Positions 51,001 to 59,339 of a stretch of DNA of 64,000 nucleotides are shown in pieces (position 1 is the stretch's first letter; the number at the start of each line of letters is the position of its first letter). Under the pieces are notes generated by a model. It did not search any database. It saw nothing but the letters and a program-made list of their open reading frames with translations, and was not told the DNA's origin. The stretch is taken from IMG/VR virus record IMGVR_UViG_3300022836_000006; one strand, 5' to 3'. This DNA comes from an uncultured virus (IMG/VR IMGVR_UViG_3300022836_000006) (lineage: Duplodnaviria; Heunggongvirae; Uroviricota; Caudoviricetes). Position numbers and translations under genes: made by a program.

Positions 51001-51780
51001 CTTGCGGACCTGCTTGGCCTTCTCTGCCCGCTCTGGGTTCTCCGATTCGAAATCCTCCGTTGCCTTCGACCACGCTCGCATGTTGACGATATGCTCCTTG
51101 TCCAAGCGGGTGCGTATGCCTCTCATGCGCTTCTCGTTTGCCTCGAGCTGGGGATCGTAGGCAGCAGGGTTGAAGTAGCTGCCCTCTTCATCTCGAACCG
51201 AGCTGAACTGATAGGGATCCTCCATCTCTTTGTTGCGGCGGGCCAGCGTGGCATACTCACCATCACTCATGGGATCCGGTGCCTGTGGCATGGTCGGTCC
51301 ACCAATAAATGAAGCCTCCTGACTGTGGGCTGCCGCTAACCCCATGTATCCGATTTTTGCTGCTCCTGAGGGGATCGACCGTGCAGCCTGCTCCGCCTTG
51401 TAGAGGAAGGTATTGGCTGGTGCCTTGGGCATACCTCCGACTGGGGAATACTCCTCCGTTGGGGTCTGGGTGCCATCGGTTCCTTCACCCTCTCCGCCGG
51501 CGAACTCGAAGGTCTTTGAGATCTGATCGTATGCTCCAGATGGGGTCACCCCCGGTCCGAAGAATCGCCCGGCAATGGCATCGAAGTTGTCGGCCACCTG
51601 TTTCTTGGGAAGACCCAGCCGCTTGGATAGCCAGAGTGAAGAGAACTGCTTGTCGGCGAACTGTGTGTCGCCTGCCTTTGTTGCCTCCTGTTCTGCTACG
51701 GAGAACGTGTTTCTGACGGTTTCAGGAAGCCGGTTGACCCGGGTGTCACGGGACTCGAAGAAGGGAGATAGATCATCCAT
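42097..51780 (-). CDS. Giant internal virion/polyvalent protein (3227 aa) with three ART-like repeats
   Basis: T7 gp16-like position; 3x FxKWFGDSKVV...HG...F(F/Y)F...VYL...P...DG...QIKSATGNRGTYDP; further enzymatic-looking modules. Confidence 0.85.
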   Translation of the reverse strand: MDDLSPFFESRDTRVNRLPETVRNTFSVAEQEATKAGDTQFADKQFSSLWLSKRLGLPKKQVADNFDAIAGRFFGPGVTPSGAYDQISKTFEFAGGEGEGTDGTQTPTEEYSPVGGMPKAPANTFLYKAEQAARSIPSGAAKIGYMGLAAAHSQEASFIGGPTMPQAPDPMSDGEYATLARRNKEMEDPYQFSSVRDEEGSYFNPAAYDPQLEANEKRMRGIRTRLDKEHIVNMRAWSKATEDFESENPERAEKAKQVRKNSDTLYEMAEEMNHYYGIDPEFAETTLGKFAQMAGGVPATAVLGMMGPGGLAAMESVFFGEAEMDQKRAIEEQGGTYDPQQGVATNLASAVPQMILERYVGIEKVLASAMKATAKVGGKVMFGDYLKNVGKRVVESSIGEAWTEPAQGAWGDMIASLTYDEKRMIITGDAAERRLFEMVAGATMGALFGGPIAIAESMDSAAATKAEGAMVVAKDGNPLTGPEFNALRKIKSDEELMASAPDAESGKLLVAAVNGDVVAQREYNKKLINEQFTATEGMEAAGMTLGNVKGVPVLKDKEGNIFAINLSNQEHVQFLERFKAQVSKKAAQEVANELTKRFDDETKVIEFEEEERTMGDFIDAGLADIKKAEERMKIAIENGANIPEGTNPRDMVVLGNNITEYRNNVETDVSKIWRGGNAFTVIEEVSEGYVKKRLKIGDLSLDELQSWRTEYDAKAGIAPGTNSKQGLVEWFSARVVDYAVSNRKADNMPKSWGGFLRMLGDHLRQVMKMAAKMTKMQRDGKLNTELEQALKGALGLTPKAEAVAAAVDRGRAKKQAELEEVFAMIKPEAAERESLENYQRLKHKLSREEELTAIMLQRAQAEIEPVYGITAEISVQAQRILDEEGYGDVSFSVAPATNSVAFKKWFGDSKVVDADGKPKVVVHGNVFSADGGISSFDVSEQRFGKAGYGFYFSDITGANLFTEYGQRFQSNQSYRGEPNQPKSIPVYLSIKNPLVVDHVDDLARYIEKGQTFGAARGFSGNISPTAKLDLQRQGYDGIITRETTAKKVHKTQGLKILDRDDPKAISFPVYVAFEPTQIKSATGNRGTYDPVDPDITFSVGSPAFNKWFGDSKVVNDAGKPKVVYHGSTQLGFTEFDTDGKGKTARTGAFFTDDLFTAKTYSGRSGVEDPPSLEKIRKDPERHGIEVEFDERYDIWIATNPDGETFEGSSREDALDEAVDNLQPEAFSGVYEVYLALKDPIIIDAKGQNWDDISEGFDLFDEDGDTFDTVYTESEAQAAVDEGKASKFTRSWGKSTDSWARDARDMEADGLIIHNVSDGGPDSTGGEEGTIYVVFEPAQIKSATGNRGTYDPVDPDITFSVGSPAFNKWFGDSKVVNDAGKPKVVYHGTSSSFAEFNKSRQGDGPSSSQFEGREGFFFTTNPLEAEDSAFEAGIWDARANARENIVPVYLRITNPYVRKSGGKWPQSFYDQSWQDIQDKAKRGGHDGIVVTGTGKAAGTSMFVVFEPTQIKSATGNRGTYDPANPDITFSVGDSDGQPDGTGAQRTPRYDKGTTGDSQPANARRTTGDTGTDGAERYGSGVLTPLEGAPAIEGATGPDLNLVSVVEEYAKSLGLPLHRQAEFVHVDKDRAAKIAQAYDKMKHAPGDPVVAEAYQNLITQTAAQYRALEAAGYEFYLVDDSNDPYAGNPWNAMRDLRANKRMAVYATEAGFGSDESTTVDTSENPLLSDTGITWRFGKDGPMKRVLANDLFRAVHDAFGHGIEGAGFRARGEENAWQAHVRLFRGSAVGALTSETRGQNSWLNFGPHGETNKTAKVFDTVFAEQKTGLMPEWTWLDGRAGNAGDHINPRESVDPDVADTSFSLRVTVAPVRVDTVPKLTKAELLKRSGSAKFIHLQQIFDDVAAAYGVKITARFPVIGGWTERGKVSLEVPEVVEFDTDDMEIGAEMAGLVAASAPELQNSALVWQDDENGPDQIITFTVANDAAATAIAKDWNRGKVPAFSYDVANRRFTLVLKSPDDEMHGHVEAFIKKATKKGSISVGEIPTQGQGRAEFPSDERGRYESIAGEARVRASKLPAGQQQEALNEVVSRAERRIKKQAAAAKVARKAKKVLKSLPVPPESAAKIDQELGSIKFDTIRDYGLWLDARFKENTEVGAYEVGSQEGITNGGTTLAYDIIDGLSTDGSGMGWYDERVQETFRELMKIFPEFSEDPNAMTVFIGALAATSQGNNVILNFKYARKVYESYKKNGVLPTDTKFAAAKKPINDNLATMNSIIAEYGLDGFREFMDKEVTGGQLKEMFGAAPDGVTLSEIVRGNRVLGPKIGSFFNNLRGRFDTITMDLWYTRTMHRYVGESVLPLDTPKSKKMVAAFRAELNKPGTRTYGLDMKEANRGGEHTVRAAVKLFTRWSQKNEYAKKGYAKFADGYAIEKAARTIQIHASMKAAPQNKTERGWFEAIVLNAQQKLKDLGFKLTVADMQAIVWYREKNLFLDHGVAKGAAKPADYLDGAMVSRRDAEDQLDDMEEELSDNEDSTFSLVSKEDVVFGLTGVPQNEEQSLQADAEKIRSKAQDATAELVRRIRMGETLPTRVKRAKRTAESSMAARLLIPITGRLHRFAPTLAARLRRFEFDTGRAIKADFDKIKPFVDAFAKLGQNEALILDLALKNGDTQTRDQILQAFDLREAYAEVQAVLADTRKRGLAAGYEIGELTDYFPRKVMDLDGLRAHYYGKPEGGVVDRAVKEASKKAALMGRVLTDEERMEVVNRTLQGLGRKGSIPGNFKGRKTDVVDVDANAFYADSIQALLGYIDSTNAAIEKRRFFGNYAVDTPTISGVKSSKKLALDASIGGLVDSLVSSGELDGQSQREVIAILEGRFNQGITSGVIKMFKTIGYITTMGQVTSALTQLGDLAFSIYESGVWDTAIAAGTAVAGKSKVTKETMGIENIAEEFRDKTKMNRALEMTFKLTGLSYIDRIGKETLVNAKLRSMQREAKKGKLSPKTIARINTSFGEAQGAQVVADLAAGKESSDVLFAVYSTLADYQPISLSEYPESYLTNPNGRVFYMLKTFTLKQLEAFRREGIDMMVTGNASQKAQGMANLIRLMGVLYLINVPVDWLKDWLMGRDPQLSDLMVDNLFKLSGVSRWHLWNFRYRQNPIESVALLALPPAPFIQFPVMDLFDSWSKIEDGDEIKPGDFDFWRILPFAGSPYYWHFGAGADKIQKRREEREGSKRNR
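47619..47739. repeat. 121-bp exact direct repeat; second copy at 48402-48522; partial copies at 47188-47277 and 49010-49080
   Basis: Base-by-base comparison of the linkers between ART-like domains. Confidence 0.9.
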
Positions 51781-51825
51781 TGCCGGAAGTGAACCTTACT
51801 TCCCAAACAAAAGCCATTCCAACGT

Positions 51826-53478
51826 CTAGCTGCCCGGTAGCAAATCCCCAAAGGCTTCCTCAACGGTTTGGGCACCGGATAGTTCTCGGACCTCCGACTC
51901 CAATACCTCCTTCAGCTTGGCTACTTCCACTGGTGGTGGGTTGCCCTCATAGGCGTCGTAGAAGCTGCGGATTCGTCTCTCCTGACCGAACATTGCGTCT
52001 CCCATTTGCGTGGCACCAAGACCGACTGACAGCTTACGGTAGGTCTCCAGCATTCCCTTTCGAAGATCCTTTTCCCCTGCCGTAATATCGCGATCAGCGA
52101 ATGCCCCAGTTCCCTCTTCTTCTAGGTCATTGATGTCCGTGATCTTCATCAGCATCAGATCATCCATCAACCTGAGTCGGGTTGGCTGGGTCACCTCTGC
52201 GTTGAGTATCCGGTTTTGCAGGACGATATAAGCAGGGTCCGATCGCTGGGCACCCTCTGCACCTTTGTCCAGCGCATCCCACCATCCCGCTGCCATGTCG
52301 GCCTTGATCGACCTGTATTCACCTTCTGGATCCTGAATCTCGGTCGTTGATGCCAGTTCAAGTTGGGCAGCAATCTTTTTCCCCTGTTCACCAGTGATCA
52401 CCCCAAGGACTACTTGCTGCTCAACCTCTCGAAGTCCTGCCTCCTTCTTCTCCAGCACGGTTGCCGTCAACGAGTCTGCGGACTTGGCCTTACGGATGGC
52501 TTGATCGTTTGCATCTTCGGCAACCTTGGCCCGGCGCTCTTCGGTGGCTTGCTTGACGTAGGGATCCAATCCCATGGCCGTCCGCTCATCGATCTCTCCA
52601 TCATCCAGTGCGGCTTGAACATCTGATGCCGTGGCTTTCCCGGCCCTGATAGATGCGACCAAACTTCGCCCCGTGACGTCCATCTGGCGCTGGGCTGCAC
52701 GTGCTCTGGATCCCGCGATTGATTGGAGGTTCACCCGTTGTCCAAGTGCCATGCCCCCTTCCTTTTCTTCCCACTCTGAGTGGGCACCGTCGTCGTTCTT
52801 GGCTGTGAGCCTACCCACGAAGTCACCGTAGGAGTCCAGCTGTTCGGCTGGGGTCTGCTCCGAGATCGAATCGAGTTCGTTGTTGGCCATGCGATAGAGA
52901 CCCTGTTCGAGTCCATCACGGATAGCCCGCTGCTTAGCCTCGGGAGCGAGGTTCATCTTGTTCATCGCCTCCTTGAACTTATCGTGGTATCCCCCTCTCA
53001 AGTATGCCTGAGCATTGGTTTCAATGTTCGCATTCGATTTTCGGATACTGGCCCGCTTCGTGGCGATATTAGTCTGCGCTACGAACCTTGCTTTGAAGTC
53101 CTCGTATTGCATGCGGTCAGCTTCGACCACTTGCTTGCTCCACCCATCATCCTTGGCCCGCTTGTCACGGGATTTCTCATACGCACCGAGCGATTCATTG
53201 ATGTGAGCTTCCCACGTCTCCGGTTTGTCTTGGTTGTCCTCCATCCACACCTTGATTTCTGAATCGGTATTGATGCGAACGGTGTCCTCATGGGCCATGA
53301 TTCCCTCGCCCACGTGCTTCTTCACCTCTTGATCGATGCGCAGCATCACAGCACCGGTCTGGCTGATGGCTCGGCCTGCTTGGGCTATGGCACCACCAGC
53401 GGCGATCTGGGCCGATGGATCAACTGCTCGCGATAGAGGGACTGACCCAACTGGTGGGCGATCTACTGTAGGGATCAT
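51826..53478 (-). CDS. Internal virion protein (gp15-like position)
   Basis: Helical 550 aa between small and giant internal proteins. Confidence 0.6.
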   Translation of the reverse strand: MIPTVDRPPVGSVPLSRAVDPSAQIAAGGAIAQAGRAISQTGAVMLRIDQEVKKHVGEGIMAHEDTVRINTDSEIKVWMEDNQDKPETWEAHINESLGAYEKSRDKRAKDDGWSKQVVEADRMQYEDFKARFVAQTNIATKRASIRKSNANIETNAQAYLRGGYHDKFKEAMNKMNLAPEAKQRAIRDGLEQGLYRMANNELDSISEQTPAEQLDSYGDFVGRLTAKNDDGAHSEWEEKEGGMALGQRVNLQSIAGSRARAAQRQMDVTGRSLVASIRAGKATASDVQAALDDGEIDERTAMGLDPYVKQATEERRAKVAEDANDQAIRKAKSADSLTATVLEKKEAGLREVEQQVVLGVITGEQGKKIAAQLELASTTEIQDPEGEYRSIKADMAAGWWDALDKGAEGAQRSDPAYIVLQNRILNAEVTQPTRLRLMDDLMLMKITDINDLEEEGTGAFADRDITAGEKDLRKGMLETYRKLSVGLGATQMGDAMFGQERRIRSFYDAYEGNPPPVEVAKLKEVLESEVRELSGAQTVEEAFGDLLPGS

Positions 53479-53484
53479 GGGAGT

Positions 53485-53967
53485 TTAACCTTTTTTTAAG
53501 TCGTAGATTGAACCCGCTGCTGAGCCGAGTCCTGAAAGTAGTGTGGCACCTGCTGCGGTTCGGTATCCAGCACCACGGTCGTATCCGTCCTGCCTTGCTT
53601 GGGATCCACCTTCACGTAGGCGCTTCGACTTGGCCCGACCGGTGCGGCCCTGCTCCAGTGCGTCCAGCTCCATGAGCCCCGCCGACTCTGCCAACACCTC
53701 GAGAGGGGTGCCTTCCATGACGACACCGGCCTTGGCATACTTGGACCGTTGGGTGCTGCTGGTGGCCTTGTTGCGCTCACGTTGCCGGCGCACTGCTTCG
53801 TTGGTGTCGAGCGTGGTCTGGAGGGCATCCATCTCCGCATTGGCGGCGTTCTGTTCTCCCGCCCGCTCTGCTGCCTTGGCTTGCTTGCGCTGGCCCATGA
53901 CTTGGACACCTGTGCCGATGGCAGAGGCGGCAATGGATCCGATTGCGAGTGCTGTCATTGCTGCCAT
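53485..53967 (-). CDS. Internal virion protein (gp14-like)
   Basis: Ala/Gly-rich termini; AKAGVVMEGTPL motif. Confidence 0.7.
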   Translation of the reverse strand: MAAMTALAIGSIAASAIGTGVQVMGQRKQAKAAERAGEQNAANAEMDALQTTLDTNEAVRRQRERNKATSSTQRSKYAKAGVVMEGTPLEVLAESAGLMELDALEQGRTGRAKSKRLREGGSQARQDGYDRGAGYRTAAGATLLSGLGSAAGSIYDLKKG

Positions 53968-53969
53968 GG

Positions 53970-54371
53970 TTAGTCCCTCAGATTGAGGTTAAGAAGGGTC
54001 ACACCTTCGTCGGTCTTGGTGAATCCATTTCTCTCATACAGCGAGACGAGGCCATCCTGTCTGCATGCTGTGAGCATTACGCCATAGTCGTTGTCCAATC
54101 CCACCTGCTTGAGGAAGGTGACGATGCGGCTGATGGCTCGAACTGACTTGAGCGGGCTGGCCTTGGGGTTCGTGACCAACCAGTCCATCCAGCACACGCC
54201 AACGCTGTTGTCCATGTAGAGCCAAGCAGCGGCGATGCCTGACAGGTCTGCGTCTAACACCACGCACCCAATCTTCGGCAGCGCCTGCTCTGGCACCATG
54301 GGCCATCCGTGGCCTACCCACCATTGGCTGATTACTGCGTAGTCCTTGGGGTCGGTGAGTCGGATGTTCAT
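53970..54371 (-). CDS. GNAT-like protein (gp13-like position)
   Basis: C-terminal LVSLYERNGF; between tail tube B and internal proteins. Confidence 0.6.
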   Translation of the reverse strand: MNIRLTDPKDYAVISQWWVGHGWPMVPEQALPKIGCVVLDADLSGIAAAWLYMDNSVGVCWMDWLVTNPKASPLKSVRAISRIVTFLKQVGLDNDYGVMLTACRQDGLVSLYERNGFTKTDEGVTLLNLNLRD

Positions 54372-56986
54372 TAGCCGTTGATGTCGTATTTTGCGATGAT
54401 GGCGAGGATGGTCATGGGGAGAGGTTGGTCCTGTTTGATCAGGATGTCACCTTCATACCCGTAGCCCCCGTCAAACTCGACTTCTAGGTCTCCGGTGAAG
54501 AGCGGGGGCGATGCGTCCATGGTGTCCTCTACTCCTCGGAAGTTCACGTCGTCCTCGTAGGCTCCATCTCCCACCTTCAATCCAAGAGATGAATACATCC
54601 GAACGAACAACTGGGTGATGCGTTTCGTCTGACCCATGGTCATTCCATAGCTGGGGTCTACGTCCAACTTCTGGGGCTTCAGGATCGACTCGTAGGAAAG
54701 GCCGACATGAGCCACCACCGCAGAGTTTTGAAGGGTAATCGATCCACTTCTCACGGTGTGAGTCTCAACCGCACCATCAGCCAGCACCTGCACCTCCATG
54801 TTGGTGAGATGTCCCAGTCCGGTCAGGGTCTTGACTGACTGGGTGACAGTGCCGCCCGCCAATGAAGGAAGGGTTGGCGATTCAAAAGTGAACTTGAAAC
54901 GGTCAGCAACTACCCATGGGCCTGACTGGCCTTCTTGATCAATCGGCAGGAGATAAAACGTGGTGGTGCTTGCGACGTCTACGGCATACTCACCAGCGAG
55001 ACCGAAAACCACTGAACCTTCGAGCCTGACCACGTCCCCGTCTGTAAGCCCATGCACTGATACCGTCTGAATTGAAACGGTGAACGTGTAGAGTGACCCC
55101 ACGTTGGACAATGGGGCAGCAGTCAGTGTCTGGATATCGGTCGCAGTGCTGGCCGCATCATAGGTCAGGGCGCTGTCCAAGAAGAATGCATCCTGCTTGG
55201 TGTCTCCTTCGTTCGGGCTGAAGTAATTGTGCATGCGCTCAACGTAGCGTTTGATGTATCCGTTGATGGTGCGCTTCACGACGATATAGACCTCGTCATT
55301 CCTAGTGCCGAAGACCACAGCCACGCTCTCAACGGTGCCCTGCGTTTCGTGGTGAGTCCATCCAACCACGTCCTGCTCTCGCTCATAGGTCATGCTGATC
55401 AGTTTACCGTTACCAGTGACTGCCCACAGCGTGTTGTAGGGCAACTGCTGGACTGCCAGCTGCACGATGCCACCGGCTGTGATGTGCTCAGCCACCAAGG
55501 TCAGATCCGGTGCCACGAACTTGTCCTGATCAAATCGATACGTCAGCTCCCTGACCTTGCGGGTGTTGCGCTGCACGAAGACAATCACGTCCCCCAGTAG
55601 CCTTGCCTCGAGCACTGCGCTTCCATGTTCGGACTGCGGGCGGATGGATACATTCGTCGGTGTGATCGCTGATGTGCTATCCCCAGCCGATGCGATGGCG
55701 TGCTCTCCTGAGGTGGTGCCAATGAGCATAGCCTTCTGTGGTGCCATCCAGAGAATGGTTTGGCGCTTCTTCGTGGCCAGCGTGAAGGCAAGTGCATCCG
55801 TGTCCAATGCCCCATAGTCGAAGTTTAAGTAGTCGTCAGTAGCTGATGCCCAAACCGTCTGGATCTGGTATTCACTCCCCGCATACCACACCCGCTGTTC
55901 GAAGATCGCCACTGCTCTGGGATAGCCTCGGACATCCGACCAAGCGCCTTCGGCCCAGTATGTGGTCGCGTCTGTTGATTCCAGCGCCGTGATGACAGTT
56001 GCGGTGACTGATGTGGCTGATCCCCGTGCTGTGATCTTAACGGTCCCCCAGATGTCTGCATCCACCGCTTCGATCACTACCCGGGGAGTAGTGGCACCTG
56101 CGACCGATGGTGCGATCCGGTTCTCGATCTTGACCCTGAAATACGCCTGCGTGTCCTGCGTTCCGACCTGATCGATGTTGCGGTCTTCCTTGCCTGAGAA
56201 CTTGCGGATGGTCTCCCAGTTCGTGGATCCGTCAGCACTGCGCTGGATCAGGATGTCTGCGTTCCAGACTCCGTAGGTGCGGACCTGCCAGTCACCAATG
56301 ATCTTGAGCCCGGTTCCAGTCACGTTGGCGCTGATGCTCTCCTCTTCGTAGGTCGATTCGCGAAGGTGTCCGATCCTCCAGTAGCTGCCGACGTGATCAT
56401 CTTGGAACCCGGCCTCGAGCTCACTGAACCCTGCACCGCTTGCCGTGATCGTGATGGTCCCACTCGTTGCTGATGGCGTGAGCGTGATGGCACTCAGGTT
56501 CTGGTCCAGCATGGGTGGCACCTCGAACACTGTATCCGCCAAGGTCCAACTGTCTGCCGCGAGTCTGGTCAGGGTCCGTGATGGGTGGCCCGGGCAGGTG
56601 ATGTAAGCGATATCGTTGATCTGGGCAATCTGGAGCAGGAAGCACTCAGCAATCGTGTAGTTGTGGACGACGGTAACAGGGGATCCTCCTCCACTCTCAA
56701 GCTCAGCCCCGTTAGAAATGAACCGAAGGTATCCCTCCACCCACACCAAGATGTAAGACGTGGTGGTCGAGTATTCCCAATCCATCAGTCTCGCCTTATT
56801 GTCTCCGAATGTGCCCCCCACGTATCGCGATCCCGGCCGGCGTTCGCACTGCCCGTAAAGGCCGGCGATCACATTCTTCATGGTCCTTGCCCCGTTGCGG
56901 GTCTTGGCCACGTCCACGCGACCCTCAAGCAAGGGTGAGATCTCGCCAGCATTGAAGCTGGTCATGACGGTTTTGGATTTAGCCAT
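54371..56986 (-). CDS. Tail tubular protein B (nozzle)
   Basis: SFNAGEISPLLEGRVD, RRPGSRYV, GYPRAVAIFEQR, QDQPLPMTILAI. Confidence 0.9.
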   Translation of the reverse strand: MAKSKTVMTSFNAGEISPLLEGRVDVAKTRNGARTMKNVIAGLYGQCERRPGSRYVGGTFGDNKARLMDWEYSTTTSYILVWVEGYLRFISNGAELESGGGSPVTVVHNYTIAECFLLQIAQINDIAYITCPGHPSRTLTRLAADSWTLADTVFEVPPMLDQNLSAITLTPSATSGTITITASGAGFSELEAGFQDDHVGSYWRIGHLRESTYEEESISANVTGTGLKIIGDWQVRTYGVWNADILIQRSADGSTNWETIRKFSGKEDRNIDQVGTQDTQAYFRVKIENRIAPSVAGATTPRVVIEAVDADIWGTVKITARGSATSVTATVITALESTDATTYWAEGAWSDVRGYPRAVAIFEQRVWYAGSEYQIQTVWASATDDYLNFDYGALDTDALAFTLATKKRQTILWMAPQKAMLIGTTSGEHAIASAGDSTSAITPTNVSIRPQSEHGSAVLEARLLGDVIVFVQRNTRKVRELTYRFDQDKFVAPDLTLVAEHITAGGIVQLAVQQLPYNTLWAVTGNGKLISMTYEREQDVVGWTHHETQGTVESVAVVFGTRNDEVYIVVKRTINGYIKRYVERMHNYFSPNEGDTKQDAFFLDSALTYDAASTATDIQTLTAAPLSNVGSLYTFTVSIQTVSVHGLTDGDVVRLEGSVVFGLAGEYAVDVASTTTFYLLPIDQEGQSGPWVVADRFKFTFESPTLPSLAGGTVTQSVKTLTGLGHLTNMEVQVLADGAVETHTVRSGSITLQNSAVVAHVGLSYESILKPQKLDVDPSYGMTMGQTKRITQLFVRMYSSLGLKVGDGAYEDDVNFRGVEDTMDASPPLFTGDLEVEFDGGYGYEGDILIKQDQPLPMTILAIIAKYDING

Positions 56987-57596
56987 TGGTCGAAGAGATG
57001 CGGGATTGAATGAATCGTGACTCTGCGGCGGGGTTGCGACGGATGGGCTTGCGCTCTGCCATGTCCTTCATCTGCGCCATGGGCAGCTTGTCAGCTCGAT
57101 ACTCGCGCATAAGATTGTGCGCCTTGTCTCCATTGTCGTCTCGGATCGGCGTGGCGATCTCAGCAGCCAGCCGGCAGACCACTGCGGCAGTAAGTAAGGC
57201 ATCCCATGCGGCGGTGTCGTGGTCCTCTTTGATGTATTGCACCTGTGCGATATCTGCATTGGTCAGGAGGGATCGCCCTTCGATCTCAAATGCATCACCC
57301 GGGTCAGCATCGTTTAATGTGCCGTTGACCTTCACGATGCGTGCGCAGTCGGAGGGAAGTGGATACGAGTAGTCCCAACCAAAGGCAGGCGCTGTCGTGT
57401 GCTGAGCCAGCTCAGTCCGGCCCTTCAGGCAGTTCCATTGACCGCTGCGAATTACCTCAGCGACGATGGACGTGAATGCGGCCTTGCAGATGCGTGCGTT
57501 CTTCGACGCGACGTCATCCATTGAAGTGATACGGGAACCTCCCACGCGCATCAGGGCGAGGTTTGCGATAGTGGTCTTGGAAGTAGTGGCAGACAT
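56979..57596 (-). CDS. Tail tubular protein A (adaptor)
   Basis: IANLALMRVG, FGWDYSYPLPSDCARI, RLAAEIA. Confidence 0.85.
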   Translation of the reverse strand: MSATTSKTTIANLALMRVGGSRITSMDDVASKNARICKAAFTSIVAEVIRSGQWNCLKGRTELAQHTTAPAFGWDYSYPLPSDCARIVKVNGTLNDADPGDAFEIEGRSLLTNADIAQVQYIKEDHDTAAWDALLTAAVVCRLAAEIATPIRDDNGDKAHNLMREYRADKLPMAQMKDMAERKPIRRNPAAESRFIQSRISSTNG

Positions 57597-57610
57597 TGTG
57601 TTTAGAGTTG

Positions 57611-57649
57611 AAAGCAAAAGAGCCCCGCCCGCCGAAGCAGACAGGACTC
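57611..57649 (-). terminator. Intrinsic terminator after capsid genes
   Basis: GAGTCCTGTCTGC-TTCG-GCGGGCGGGGCTC-TTTTGCTTT on - strand. Confidence 0.8.
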
Positions 57650-57672
57650 AGTTATGACCATCAGCTAGGTGA

Positions 57673-58131
57673 TTAGACCTGAGCCAAATACGGGATCTGG
57701 AACGTGATCTTCTTGCCAGCGGTCATCGGGAAAGTCCCGGCAAGCGTTGCCTTGAGGGTCACGTTCGCCAACTCGATACGATACGGGGTGACCATGATCG
57801 CATTGGTTGGGGTCACAGTCACAATGCCAGCAGCGGTAAGAGCCACGTTGGTTGCGCTGTAGCGGTCATCATCGGTTGCGTCGCCCAGCTTGCTGATGAC
57901 AGCGGCAGTTCCACCAGCGGCGTCGTTGGAGATCTTCACCTGATCAGTCAGGAGCTGGCAACCTACAGGGAGGTCGATGATGTTGAGAACGTCAGCAGCA
58001 GCTTCAGCGGCAGTGACGGTGTGGGTGACCATAGCCACCATGATCGCAGCGGTCAGCTCGCGACCTTTGAGTCGGGATCCAAGCGTTGGTGCGATCTGGA
58101 TGGCACGGAGAGCAGTGTTAATATCAGCCAT
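57673..58131 (-). CDS. Capsid decoration/cement-like protein
   Basis: 152-aa beta-rich protein directly after capsid. Confidence 0.6.
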   Translation of the reverse strand: MADINTALRAIQIAPTLGSRLKGRELTAAIMVAMVTHTVTAAEAAADVLNIIDLPVGCQLLTDQVKISNDAAGGTAAVISKLGDATDDDRYSATNVALTAAGIVTVTPTNAIMVTPYRIELANVTLKATLAGTFPMTAGKKITFQIPYLAQV

Positions 58132-58174
58132 GGGAATTATTCCTTAGTAGAATTGTTACGGTTGCGGGGAGGTC

Positions 58175-59077
58175 TTAGGCAGTCTCATCACAGAAGATGA
58201 GAGTGACTCGTTCCTCTTCCATGCGGGTGGCACCAAGCATCATCTTGGTCCGAATCTGAACGGTCTCGTTCATGTCATCACGGATGGACATCTTGACCGA
58301 GCGATCCTTGCTCTCACCGAGAAGCACGCCCGCTTTGTGGTAGGCGATACAGGTGCGAACACTTGTTGCCGCGACAAGCGTAAGTAGCTCCAAGCGGCAG
58401 AACTCGAAACCAAGGAACCGGGTCACGGTGCCTTCATTGAGCGCCTTGACGTTGGCGTAGTCAGAAGACTTCACCTCGATCACATTCTCCAACAGGTCAG
58501 AGAGCTGCTTGGCACTGTGCAGGAAGTAGCGGTCTTCATCGGGGACTTCCGCCACGTCTTGGAGGTATTTGGCCCGAATGAGCTTGTCCAAGGTCAGGCC
58601 GGAATTGGCAGCACCACCCGATTTGACGTAGGCGACCTCAACCTTCTGGGCGGCTCCTAGGTCCACGGCATCAGTGCCTGTGTTGCCGATGTAGGCAGTG
58701 CCCTCGAGTGCGGCGATGATGACCTCGTCCATGGTGCGCTTAGCAGCCATGGCGTGATTCATCACATGCTCAGAATCTGGTTCCGGCAGCTCGCCCAGCG
58801 CAATGCCGTCGAACTCATCGATGTGGGTGACCTCATCATAGCCGATGGGACGAACCCAACGCTTGGCCATGGTGGTGTTCGACGCGATGGTCTTGCCATT
58901 GCGCGTAGTGATCATCCGCATACGGGACTTACCGAGCTGGGAGAATTGACGTTCCTTGCCCTTAACGGTGGCGCGGCGGCACTTACCCTCAAGGCGGGAT
59001 TCCTTCTGCTGAAGGAGGTGTTCCCAGTTACTTGCGAACTGGGTCTGATAATGATCAGGAAGACTTTCGAGAGACAT
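58175..59077 (-). CDS. Major capsid protein (module B, BPP-1/T7-like)
   Basis: LLQQKESRL, RTMDEVIIAAL, SSDYANVKALNEG..RFLGFEF, GATRMEEERV. Confidence 0.9.
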   Translation of the reverse strand: MSLESLPDHYQTQFASNWEHLLQQKESRLEGKCRRATVKGKERQFSQLGKSRMRMITTRNGKTIASNTTMAKRWVRPIGYDEVTHIDEFDGIALGELPEPDSEHVMNHAMAAKRTMDEVIIAALEGTAYIGNTGTDAVDLGAAQKVEVAYVKSGGAANSGLTLDKLIRAKYLQDVAEVPDEDRYFLHSAKQLSDLLENVIEVKSSDYANVKALNEGTVTRFLGFEFCRLELLTLVAATSVRTCIAYHKAGVLLGESKDRSVKMSIRDDMNETVQIRTKMMLGATRMEEERVTLIFCDETA

Positions 59078-59261
59078 TTTAGAATAGAGATTAGAGTTGG
59101 ATCGAACCAGCTGGTGCTGGCGTTACGCCGTTCGCTCTGGGTGTCCTATCGGGCCGTTGCTTCGGATGCTGATAGTTCAGGCTCCCGCCAAGGGAGGTGT
59201 CTGCTCTGTGTAACCACTAATCCGCTACTGTGATGCATCTGTCAACTGGATACATGCCCAC

Positions 59262-59292
59262 AAAAAAGACCCGGGCTGTTACACCCGGGTCT
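59262..59292 (-). terminator. Intrinsic terminator after scaffold gene
   Basis: AGACCCGGG-TGTAACAG-CCCGGGTCT-TTTTT on - strand. Confidence 0.75.
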
Positions 59293-59339
59293 CCCCCATA
59301 TGTCTTATGAAACCGAGGTGGCTACCTACCCCTAAGCAG

